A stretch of 64,000 nt of DNA, taken from positions 2,922-66,921 of IMG/VR virus record IMGVR_UViG_3300009159_000067; one strand, 5' to 3'. The notes beneath the pieces were generated by a model. The model was not told where the DNA came from and made no database searches. It saw nothing but the letters and a program-made list of their open reading frames with translations. How positions within the stretch are numbered: position 1 is the first letter of the stretch; every line of letters begins with the position of its first letter. This DNA is from a virus. The translations under genes were made by a program, and so were the position numbers. Positions 55,551-64,000 of the stretch are shown here, in pieces.

Positions 55551-57353
55551 TTGGCGTTAATACTTGAAGGAAAAAAAGAAGAAGTTGCAGAAAAGCTCAA
55601 ACAAAAATTTGAGTATGACAATAGATTTATTGATTCTGTATTGGGTCTTGATCCTACAGGATACAAGTATATTGATTATTTGGAAAAACAACTTGAAAAA
55701 TGGATCCCTGAATTATCCGGTGACAAGGGGGGATTAAATTATTTACAAGGACAAACTCTTTATAATGTATTTGAAGATATCATTCCTTGGTTTCACAATA
55801 GTTCAGGTCGTATTACTCCTGAATTTTTAAAACAAGCAAGAGATAGATACATTATTGCGATGGATAGGGATGTTGAAAATTTTGATAAAATATTAAAATC
55901 GCCAAAAGATATTACAAATTATCATCCATTTTTTATTCAAACATTAAAAAATGTTGTAGAAGAAAATAAAAGTAATAAAGAAAAAGAAAAAAACGCCAAA
56001 TCACAAGTTGAAAAATTATATGAGGATGACAAATATTTGATTTTAAAGCCAAAAACTTATGAAGCTTCGTGTTATTATGGTGCAGGAACTAAATGGTGTA
56101 CCGCATCAAAAGATAATAAAGAACATTTTAGAAAATATTCAAGAGAAGGTGAATTGTATTATTTTATAGATAAAACTAACAGTAATAAAATAGCTTTACA
56201 CAAAGATGGGTCAGATAAAGAAATATTTGATATGTATGACCATAAAATAACTTCAGCTGTTTTATTAGACGACTTTCCATTAGATATTACTGAAGAATTA
56301 TTAGGAGGTGGATTGTTAAAAGTTCTTTTAGATTATGCAAAAGGAAATGCGCTTAGAAGTGATGTTTTATCTGCTGGAGAAATGATAAGAAATGTAATTC
56401 CTGATAAACCATTAGGTAAAAGTCAGGTGATTATTGATTTTGAATCAGATGAGGATTTTTTCTCTTTGATTGGTGTTGATGAAGACGATTCTAATTTTGC
56501 TGGTTGGGTGACTTCAACAGGTAATAGTTGGGATTTTACGGATTCGTATCAAATTATGGAAGACTTTAAAGAGGGATATAATGTTTATGGTGATATAGAT
56601 GAAGAAAATATGGAAAAATTAAAACTTATTTCGACTTTGATAATGGGTGGAAAAAAATTTGATTTAACTGACGATAATTTTAAACAAGAATTATCAAAAA
56701 AACTTGTAGATCTATTTCCAAAGGAAATGGATCGCATAATAGGTGATTGGGAAACGGAATATAACTACATGATGAATCAATCTGCTGATAAAAAAATTAC
56801 AAAAGATGTAGAAGAATATTTGAATCGTTTTGGGTTTAGTGTTAGGTCCCAATTCCAATCTATTTCTACAACAGTAGGGAATTTAATAATGTGGTATGTT
56901 AGATTGAGTAAAGAAAAATTAGATTTGTATAGTTTAATGAAAAATATATTTGAAACTAATAAAAATACTATTGGGGGATGGGTTGAAGATCAATATTCGT
57001 TTGAAGATTACGAATTTTTTGATAATACTTCTTTTAATAATGAAGTAACAAGACAATTTGATAATATTATTGAGAAAGTAGAAGACAATTCAGATAAAGC
57101 GGGACTTAGCATCAAAGATTTTATTGATATGGTAGAAAGAATCCAAAATAAATTCCCAACAACAAAAAATTGGACAAAGTTACCAAAAAATAAAAACTTT
57201 TCTTATAAAATTGAAGGGTTTGATCTTGATACAATGAAAATAATAGTTTTAGTGAATCATCCTGAAAAAGGAATAAAAAAGATAATGTTATCTGAACAAA
57301 ACTTTTATAATCTATTATATCAGCCTGAATTATTTGAATTTGGAGAAATATAA
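55551..57353 (+). CDS. Leader-bearing PxTxxASxxYGxxTxWC-domain protein (start may be 55506)
   Basis: LILEGKKEE; KPKTYEASCYYGAGTKWCTA. Confidence 0.7.
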   Translation: MALILEGKKEEVAEKLKQKFEYDNRFIDSVLGLDPTGYKYIDYLEKQLEKWIPELSGDKGGLNYLQGQTLYNVFEDIIPWFHNSSGRITPEFLKQARDRYIIAMDRDVENFDKILKSPKDITNYHPFFIQTLKNVVEENKSNKEKEKNAKSQVEKLYEDDKYLILKPKTYEASCYYGAGTKWCTASKDNKEHFRKYSREGELYYFIDKTNSNKIALHKDGSDKEIFDMYDHKITSAVLLDDFPLDITEELLGGGLLKVLLDYAKGNALRSDVLSAGEMIRNVIPDKPLGKSQVIIDFESDEDFFSLIGVDEDDSNFAGWVTSTGNSWDFTDSYQIMEDFKEGYNVYGDIDEENMEKLKLISTLIMGGKKFDLTDDNFKQELSKKLVDLFPKEMDRIIGDWETEYNYMMNQSADKKITKDVEEYLNRFGFSVRSQFQSISTTVGNLIMWYVRLSKEKLDLYSLMKNIFETNKNTIGGWVEDQYSFEDYEFFDNTSFNNEVTRQFDNIIEKVEDNSDKAGLSIKDFIDMVERIQNKFPTTKNWTKLPKNKNFSYKIEGFDLDTMKIIVLVNHPEKGIKKIMLSEQNFYNLLYQPELFEFGEI

Positions 57354-57374
57354 ATTTTTGTTTATATTTGTCCT

Positions 57375-58211
57375 ATGACTCAAAATATAGACTTTCTTAA
57401 AGAAGTATTAAGTATACCTAGCAAGACATATAGAGAAGAACTTATGGTTCAATATCTTGTTAAATGGCTCACGGAAAATAATATCGAACATTTTGTAGAT
57501 GAACATAAAAATGTTTATGCTACTAAACAAGAATCTTCCGTAATTCCTGAAGATTTTTATTTTCCTTGTGTAGTATCCCATACCGATACGGTACACGACA
57601 TATGTAATATTAATATTGATGAAGAACAATTATATAACGCTCAAGGAGAATTAAAATTATCATTAAAGGCTTATGATAATAGTGGAGATCCAACAGGAAT
57701 TGGTGGAGACGATAAATGTGGAGTTTTTGCTTGTTTAACTTTACTCAAAGAACTTCCTTATTTGAAAGCGGCATTCTTTGTATCTGAAGAAACAGGATGT
57801 CACGGATCCAAAAAAGCTAAAGAAGAATTTTTTAAAAATGTTGGATATGCTATTCAGTTTGATGCACCTGAAAATTGGATGATCACAGAAAAATGTTTTG
57901 GACAAGTTCTATTTGATAGGGATTCTGATTTCTTTCAAGCTTGTGATAAAGTTCTTACAGAAGGTATGATCAAAGAAGATATGCAATATATGGTTCATCC
58001 ATATACCGATGTATATGCGTTAAGAGGAAAATTTGATTTTTCTTGTATAAACTTCTCAATAGGATATTATGATTATCATACTCGGAATGAATATGTTGTT
58101 GTTGAGGATGTATTTAACGGAATTGAAATGGGTAGAAGAATGATTTCAGAATTAGGGCATAAATTACATTATAAAAAATCCGTTGGTTATGAATGGAAAA
58201 GACCAATTTAA
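57375..58211 (+). CDS. M20/M28-family Zn peptidase
   Basis: SHTDTVH, GGDDKCG, SEETG, YH...E. Confidence 0.8.
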   Translation: MTQNIDFLKEVLSIPSKTYREELMVQYLVKWLTENNIEHFVDEHKNVYATKQESSVIPEDFYFPCVVSHTDTVHDICNINIDEEQLYNAQGELKLSLKAYDNSGDPTGIGGDDKCGVFACLTLLKELPYLKAAFFVSEETGCHGSKKAKEEFFKNVGYAIQFDAPENWMITEKCFGQVLFDRDSDFFQACDKVLTEGMIKEDMQYMVHPYTDVYALRGKFDFSCINFSIGYYDYHTRNEYVVVEDVFNGIEMGRRMISELGHKLHYKKSVGYEWKRPI

Positions 58212-58255
58212 TAAAAAACAATAAAAAAGGGAAGATTAAATCTTCCCTTTTTTAT

Positions 58256-60271
58256 TTATCTACCCTTTTTAACCACTTTAATTTCATCACCATCAACTTT
58301 TATGTTGTAGGTTTTACCTTCAACCATCTTGCCAGTTAACACTTCTTCAGATAGAAGATCTTCAATCTTATCTTGAATTGCTCTTTTCAATGGACGAGCT
58401 CCATACAATTCATCAAACCCAACTTTTGCCAAATAATCTACCAATGTTTCATCATAGGTAATTTTGTATTTCATTTCACCAAGACGAGATACCAACTTTT
58501 TCAGTTCTATATCAGTAATTTTCTTGATGTCTTCAGAACTCAACGAATTAAATACAATTGTATCATCAATACGATTTAAGAATTCGGGTGAGAAGAAATT
58601 TTTCATTTCTTTCATCAGGATTTGTTTCTTAGCTTCTTCATTTCCATAAGTGTTACTTGAGAAACCAATACCTGTTCCGAAGTCTTGTATCTTTTTAACC
58701 CCTAAATTAGAGGTTAAGATGATCAATGTGTTCTTAAAATTGATCTTGCGACCCAAACTATCAGTAACATGCCCATCATCCAAGATTTGAAGAAGAATAG
58801 TGAAAACATCTTTATGAGCTTTTTCAACTTCATCAAATAGAATTACAGAATATGGTTTGTTTTTAACTTTCTCGGTTAACATTCCACCTTCTTCATATCC
58901 AACATAACCTGGAGGTGCACCTACTAATTTGGATATTGTATGTTTTTCTTGATATTCACTCATATCCACGCGGATAAGTGAATCTTCACTACCAAACATT
59001 TCTTTTGCTATTTGTTTTGCCAAATAGGTCTTACCGACACCTGTTGATCCAAGGAACACAAATGATCCTATTGGACGATTTGGATCTTTAATACCTAATC
59101 TATTTCTACGAACTGCTTTTGCAATTTTGATAACTGCTTCATTCTGACCAATAACCTTATCCATAAGAGATTTATCAAGATCCAAAAGAGCTTTGGAATC
59201 ATCAACACTCATTTTACTTACAGGAATTTTAGTCATATTTGAGACAACATCATAAACATCCTCAATAGATATTTTTTGTTTGTCTTTGGTCATTTGTTCT
59301 TCAAACTTTGCCTTTTCTTGTTCAAGTTTGTTTAAAAGTTTCTTTTCTTTATCTCTTAACTCTGCTGCCTGCTCATAGTTTTGTTTTTTTACAACATCAA
59401 TCTTGAGTTGTTTGAGTTCAGCCGCTTTTCTTTTTAATTCTTCAATTGTTGGTGGTACTTTTAATTCTGTTTGCATCCTTGCACCTACTTCATCAAGAAT
59501 ATCAAATGCCTTATCGGGGAATTCACGATCTGTGATGTATCTATCGGCAAGTTTAACACAAGCATCAATAACTTCATCAGAATAAGACACCTTATGAAAA
59601 CTTTCATATTTGTCCCTCACATTTTTCAATATTTGAATTGTTTCATATACTGATGAAGGTTCAACTATTACTTTTTGAAATCTTCTTTCCAAAGCGCCAT
59701 CTTTTTCAATATTTTTTCTGAATTCATCAAGTGTTGTTGCTCCGATACATTGAAGTTCTCCACGAGAAAGTGCAGGTTTAAATATGTTTGAACCATCCAT
59801 AGAACCTGCAGAATTACCGGATCCAACTAAAGTATGGATTTCATCAATAAAGATAATAATATCAGGATTTGCTTGAAGTTCTTCAATTATTACTTTCATT
59901 CTTTCCTCAAATTGTCCACGATATTTTGTACCAGCAACAACTGAAGTTAGATCAAGATTTACAATTCTTTTATCAATCAAATTTCTTGGACATTCTCCAC
60001 TTACAATTTTCATTGCTAAACCCTCAATGATTGCAGTTTTACCACAACCCGGTTCACCGATGATAATTGGATTATTCTTTTTTCTGCGAGATAAAATCTG
60101 TGCGATTCTTAAAATCTCACGATCTCTACCAATAACAGGGTCAAGTTTACCTTGTTCTGCTAACTTATTTAAGTCTCTGCCAAAATTATCCAATACGGGT
60201 GTGGTACTGTCTGAATTTTGCTTTTGTTTTTTGTTGGTTGTTTTTTCGTCGTCGTCCATTAGTTCATTCAT
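58256..60271 (-). CDS. clpC: ClpC-type AAA+ unfoldase lacking the N-terminal domain
   Basis: Two Walker A motifs (GEPGCGKT, GSTGVGKT), UVR-type middle domain YEQAAELRD, GYVGY pore loop, IGF loop. Confidence 0.9.
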   Translation of the reverse strand: MNELMDDDEKTTNKKQKQNSDSTTPVLDNFGRDLNKLAEQGKLDPVIGRDREILRIAQILSRRKKNNPIIIGEPGCGKTAIIEGLAMKIVSGECPRNLIDKRIVNLDLTSVVAGTKYRGQFEERMKVIIEELQANPDIIIFIDEIHTLVGSGNSAGSMDGSNIFKPALSRGELQCIGATTLDEFRKNIEKDGALERRFQKVIVEPSSVYETIQILKNVRDKYESFHKVSYSDEVIDACVKLADRYITDREFPDKAFDILDEVGARMQTELKVPPTIEELKRKAAELKQLKIDVVKKQNYEQAAELRDKEKKLLNKLEQEKAKFEEQMTKDKQKISIEDVYDVVSNMTKIPVSKMSVDDSKALLDLDKSLMDKVIGQNEAVIKIAKAVRRNRLGIKDPNRPIGSFVFLGSTGVGKTYLAKQIAKEMFGSEDSLIRVDMSEYQEKHTISKLVGAPPGYVGYEEGGMLTEKVKNKPYSVILFDEVEKAHKDVFTILLQILDDGHVTDSLGRKINFKNTLIILTSNLGVKKIQDFGTGIGFSSNTYGNEEAKKQILMKEMKNFFSPEFLNRIDDTIVFNSLSSEDIKKITDIELKKLVSRLGEMKYKITYDETLVDYLAKVGFDELYGARPLKRAIQDKIEDLLSEEVLTGKMVEGKTYNIKVDGDEIKVVKKGR

Positions 60272-60471
60272 GTGTTATAATTTTTACAAAGATTCATCAA
60301 AATTTGGACATTGCCAAATAGTTTGACAAATTGTCGTAGTTTATTTTTATTGTATGTCATTATGACATTATTTTAATTTTGAAAAGATCAAATTGACAGA
60401 TAGCTCCTGTCGGCATCAGAGTTGATTGTACAAATATAAATAATAAACATTAAATAAAAAAATTAAAAACT

Positions 60472-60861
60472 ATGATTTACAAAAATTCAAATTTTGACAA
60501 AATGTTTGATTCTATTTTTAATCAATCACCATTAATGTCTGTAAAAACTTACTCTAATCTTAAAGAAGAAAGTGATTATGAAATAAACTACACCAAAGAT
60601 GGTGCGTATCTAAATTTAGATGTTCCAGGATTTAACAAATCAAATTTGAAAGTAGAAATGGAAAACGGATATATCTTTATTGAGGGTAAAAGAGAATACA
60701 AACTAAATGGTGAGGAAGTTTCAAGGAACATCTCCAAAAAATTTCAAATTGGTGATGGTTATAAGTCAGAATCTGTTGAAGCAACCATTGAGGATGGAGT
60801 TCTTACAGTATTTGTTCCCAACTATAAGAAACAGGAAAAAAAGAGAATTAGTTTACTTTAA
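60472..60861 (+). CDS. Small heat-shock protein Hsp20
   Basis: DVPGF.K..L.V......L.IEG; A...DGVL.V..P. Confidence 0.9.
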   Translation: MIYKNSNFDKMFDSIFNQSPLMSVKTYSNLKEESDYEINYTKDGAYLNLDVPGFNKSNLKVEMENGYIFIEGKREYKLNGEEVSRNISKKFQIGDGYKSESVEATIEDGVLTVFVPNYKKQEKKRISLL

Positions 60862-60888
60862 AATAAAAACCCTCCAATCGGAGGGTTT

Positions 60889-61488
60889 TTATATATCCAA
60901 ACATTTTAAATTACCGTCTTTACCATACCCAAAATTATATTTGTGGGCATCAACTAATGTTTCGTGACCAACTACATTTTCTATTGCTTTTTGACATTCT
61001 TTAAATAATTTAAACCACTTAATAAATAAATTATATCCTTCAACATTATGGTTTTTTAATTCAGTTGCAATATGTGTAATTGTTTTTTGATCATCTTCAT
61101 AGTTAGTGTATATATCAGTAATGTCTCTTCCAAATGCACCATCTTCAAAATCTGTAATTCCTGATTCTTCTAATTTATTTTCTAATTGATCCCATTCTTT
61201 AAGTGCTTTATTTGTGTCTAATTTTTCGATTTCCACAAAATAAACATCAGAGTCATTGTGTTTGTATTTAGAAATTTTACCTACTCTAAAAATTTTTGGA
61301 AAAATTTTAGGATTAGATTGAAATATTTTTACCCATTGTTCAACAACATCTTTTTCTCCAACTTTAAGTAATCTATCAGGAAATTTTTTTGATGGAAAAA
61401 TACTATGCTCCATACCCTGACCATATTTAGTTTTTTCGGTCGTTCTGATTTCTTTTAATTCTTCTTTAATAAGTTTAGAAATATCCAT
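60889..61488 (-). CDS. Minimal protein-kinase-like protein with leader
   Basis: GQG.EH..F....LLK; EIEKL; DAH..NFG...G.L..LD. Confidence 0.6.
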   Translation of the reverse strand: MDISKLIKEELKEIRTTEKTKYGQGMEHSIFPSKKFPDRLLKVGEKDVVEQWVKIFQSNPKIFPKIFRVGKISKYKHNDSDVYFVEIEKLDTNKALKEWDQLENKLEESGITDFEDGAFGRDITDIYTNYEDDQKTITHIATELKNHNVEGYNLFIKWFKLFKECQKAIENVVGHETLVDAHKYNFGYGKDGNLKCLDI

Positions 61489-61498
61489 ATTTATAATT

Positions 61499-61834
61499 AT
61501 GGAATTATGGGAAAAATTTGCCACGGAAACAATTGAGTTTAGAAAATTGTTGGAAAAATATTTAGAAATGAGATTATATTTCCAAGAATTGGGATATAGT
61601 CAAAAACAATTGTCAAGAATTTCTGCCGCCCCTCCTAAATTGTGGAAACTAAAAAATGAATTAGATGTATTGCAAGATAGTTTACTTAAGATGATTTACT
61701 CTTATGGTTTTGATATCAAATGGAATGAATTTGTAAATTTTATCGGTCCAAGATATAAAAAAATTGATGATATAACACCTTTAAAAGATGGCGATAACGA
61801 AGGAACAGATAATTGGGACGAAGATATTGAATGA
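61499..61834 (+). CDS. Hypothetical protein
   Basis: ORF; TATTTAT upstream. Confidence 0.6.
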   Translation: MELWEKFATETIEFRKLLEKYLEMRLYFQELGYSQKQLSRISAAPPKLWKLKNELDVLQDSLLKMIYSYGFDIKWNEFVNFIGPRYKKIDDITPLKDGDNEGTDNWDEDIE

Positions 61835-62030
61835 AATTAAATCTTCAAATATTAAATCCACTGAATACGATACTGAAACAAAAAAATTGATGGTGGAGTT
61901 TAATAACGGATTTAAATATGAATACGAAGATGTCCCACATCAGATATACACAAAGTTTAGAATTTCCGAATCACAAGGAAAATTTTTTACCACAGATATT
62001 GCAAAAAAATTTAAATACAAAAAACTATAG
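61788..62030 (+). CDS. KTSC domain protein
   Basis: SSNI....YD.....L.VEF.NG..YEY..VP...Y..F....S.GKFF. Confidence 0.9.
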   Translation: MAITKEQIIGTKILNEIKSSNIKSTEYDTETKKLMVEFNNGFKYEYEDVPHQIYTKFRISESQGKFFTTDIAKKFKYKKL

Positions 62031-62051
62031 ATCTTGTGGTATTTATTAAGG

Positions 62052-62795
62052 ATGAGTAATTTTCAAAAAATTCTTGATAGTTTTAAAGTTAAAAATACAC
62101 TGAATCCAAAAGTTTGGAAAAATCCAGAGGATCCTAACGATGCTGTTATGAAACCTATAATCAGAAAAGCGTTGTTACGAATTGCAGAAGAATTTATTAA
62201 TTATTTAGGTGAAGATGTTTTTGTTGAGGATATTGTTTTAACGGGATCATTATCAAATTTTAATTGGTCGGAATTTTCTGATTTTGATTTACACATTATT
62301 GTTGATCTACAACAATATGAGAATCAGGCCGAATTATATAAAGAACTTTATAATCTCAAAAAACAAGTTTTTAACGATAGTCACGATATAAGAATTTATG
62401 GATATGATGTTGAATTATATGCTCAAGATGCTGAAGAAGAACATTATAGCTCAGGAGTTTTTTCAATTATGAATGATGAGTGGATCAACAAACCAAAAAA
62501 ATTAAAAAACGAAGTAGATAAAAAAGTTTTGGAAACAAAAATTAAACATTGGATTGAAAAAATAGACAAAGTAACTGACACGGAATCAAGCGAGGATGAT
62601 AAAAAGTTATTACAAGATGTAAAAGATAAATTAAAAAAATTTAGACAATCCGGATTAGAAAAAGATGGTGAATTGTCTTATGAAAATTTGGTCTTTAAAT
62701 TCTTAAGAAGATCTGGACACATTGAAAAATTGTTTGATTCACTAAATAAAGCAACAGATAAAGAATTATCTGTAGAACGAAAACTTGAAGAATAA
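62052..62795 (+). CDS. Pol-beta-superfamily nucleotidyltransferase
   Basis: LTGSL.N.NW...SDFDLH; DVELY. Confidence 0.75.
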   Translation: MSNFQKILDSFKVKNTLNPKVWKNPEDPNDAVMKPIIRKALLRIAEEFINYLGEDVFVEDIVLTGSLSNFNWSEFSDFDLHIIVDLQQYENQAELYKELYNLKKQVFNDSHDIRIYGYDVELYAQDAEEEHYSSGVFSIMNDEWINKPKKLKNEVDKKVLETKIKHWIEKIDKVTDTESSEDDKKLLQDVKDKLKKFRQSGLEKDGELSYENLVFKFLRRSGHIEKLFDSLNKATDKELSVERKLEE

Positions 62796-62848
62796 GTAAT
62801 TTTATTAAATTATTCTTATATTTCATATATTTATAAAGAAAAAAATAA

Positions 62849-64000
62849 ATGGCTTTAGTTACATATCTCATAGGTCCTTGTATTGGTGGTCCTGCCATAT
62901 TAGTTGACTTTGATAGTTCATCATTACCTGCGGTTAATGGTAATTATTATTTAACATTTACAGGAGCAACTTTAGCAGGATGTTATGACATTATTGATAA
63001 TGCAGAACCAACAACTGGTGTCGATAAAGTTTTAACCTTATCAGTGGATTATGGTGACTGTGGAGTTTGTCAAGCAGTGCCAACTCCAACACCAAGTGTT
63101 ACACCAACTAAAACCCCAACACCAACTCAAACACAAACACCAACTAAAACCCCAACACCAACCAATACACCAACTAATACTATAACTCCAACTAATACTA
63201 CAACTCCAACTACAACTCCAACACCAAGTGTTACAACAACTAAAACTCCAACACCAACTAAAACTCCAACCAATACACCAACTAATACTATAACTCCAAC
63301 AAATACTCCAACACCAACTAATACTACAACTCCAACTAATACTACAACTCCAACTAATACTACAACTCCAACACAAACACCAACCAATACACCAACTAAT
63401 ACTACAACTCCAACACAAACACCAACCAATACACCAACTAATACTATAACTCCAACAAATACTCCAACACCAACTAATACTTCAACTCCAACAAATACTA
63501 AAACTCCAACAAATACTAAAACTCCAACTCCAACTAATACTACAACTCCAACTAATACTACAACTCCAACACAAACCCCAACCCATACACCAACACCAAC
63601 TAATTCTGTATTTGTTACATATCTCATAAGTCCTTGTATTGGTGGTCCTGCTATACTAGTTGACTTTGATAGTTTATCATTACCTGCGGTTAATGGTAAT
63701 TATTATTTAACATTTGAAGGGGCAACAACCGAAGGATGTTATGATATTATTGATAATGCAGAACCAACAACTGGTGTCGATAAAGTTTTGACCTTATCAG
63801 TGGATTATGGTAATTGTGGAGTTTGTCAGGCAGTGCCAACTCCAACACCAAGTGTTACACCAACTAAAACCCCAACCCCAACTCAAACACAAACACCAAC
63901 TAATACTACAACTCCAACTAATACTACAACTCCAACTACAACTACAACACCAACACCAAGTGTTACAACAACAAATACACCAACACCAAGTGTTACAACA
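62849..64000 (+). CDS. Large Thr/Pro-rich repeat protein, likely virion surface, 3'-truncated
   Basis: [14 protein letters not shown]...; Cys-containing module repeated at 62858 and 63614, separated by TPT repeats; no stop to the window end. Confidence 0.8.
   Translation, partial: MALVTYLIGPCIGGPAILVDFDSSSLPAVNGNYYLTFTGATLAGCYDIIDNAEPTTGVDKVLTLSVDYGDCGVCQAVPTPTPSVTPTKTPTPTQTQTPTKTPTPTNTPTNTITPTNTTTPTTTPTPSVTTTKTPTPTKTPTNTPTNTITPTNTPTPTNTTTPTNTTTPTNTTTPTQTPTNTPTNTTTPTQTPTNTPTNTITPTNTPTPTNTSTPTNTKTPTNTKTPTPTNTTTPTNTTTPTQTPTHTPTPTNSVFVTYLISPCIGGPAILVDFDSLSLPAVNGNYYLTFEGATTEGCYDIIDNAEPTTGVDKVLTLSVDYGNCGVCQAVPTPTPSVTPTKTPTPTQTQTPTNTTTPTNTTTPTTTTTPTPSVTTTNTPTPSVTT
63078..63604 (+). repeat. Degenerate 18-bp (ACTCCAACTAATACTACA-like) tandem repeats
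   Basis: Encode TPTNTT-type units. Confidence 0.85.

Noticed and set aside
58373-60326. Several short + strand ORFs inside clpC, and similar nested ORFs elsewhere
   Set aside because: Antisense or alternate-frame shadows of well-supported genes.
63041-63627. Minus-strand Val/Gly and Trp/Cys repeat ORFs
   Set aside because: Antisense shadows of the Thr/Pro repeat gene.
1-64000. Alternative genetic code or stop-codon recoding
   Set aside because: Conserved genes are intact under code 11, TAG and TGA both end genes, and no suppressor tRNA is seen.
1-64000. CRISPR array
   Set aside because: No regularly spaced repeat-spacer series; the ATTTAGATAC pair has only two short copies.

Overview
Very AT-rich, gene-dense segment of a large tailed dsDNA phage that most likely infects a Bacteroidota host. 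Evidence: many TAnnTTTG (-7)/TTTG (-33) promoters, no Shine-Dalgarno sites before genes, and Bacteroidota-type lipoproteins and DUF2452. Genetic code 11 fits. Recognisable genes include thyA, clpP, an N-domain-less ClpC, Hsp20, a cyclophilin, a GH19 endolysin with a probable holin/spanin cassette, GH73- and M15-like cell-wall hydrolases, NucA-, HNH- and GIY-YIG nucleases, RNA-repair-type phosphatases, a kinase-like protein, a nucleotidyltransferase, 7 conventional tRNAs and a tmRNA. Structure the annotations do not explain: (1) about 25 genes share a TATTTAT upstream motif and an N-terminal (I/L)xE leader fused to unrelated payloads, a putative capsid-loading system; (2) a putative phage-private proteostasis module (tmRNA with an extended tag ending VVGA, truncated ClpC, ClpP, Hsp20); (3) a non-coding RNA layer of three remodelled tRNA-like RNAs, hairpin RNAs sharing an AGAUA loop, a ~310-nt structured RNA and an orphan extended Shine-Dalgarno. 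Family calls come from motif recognition by eye; no database was searched.
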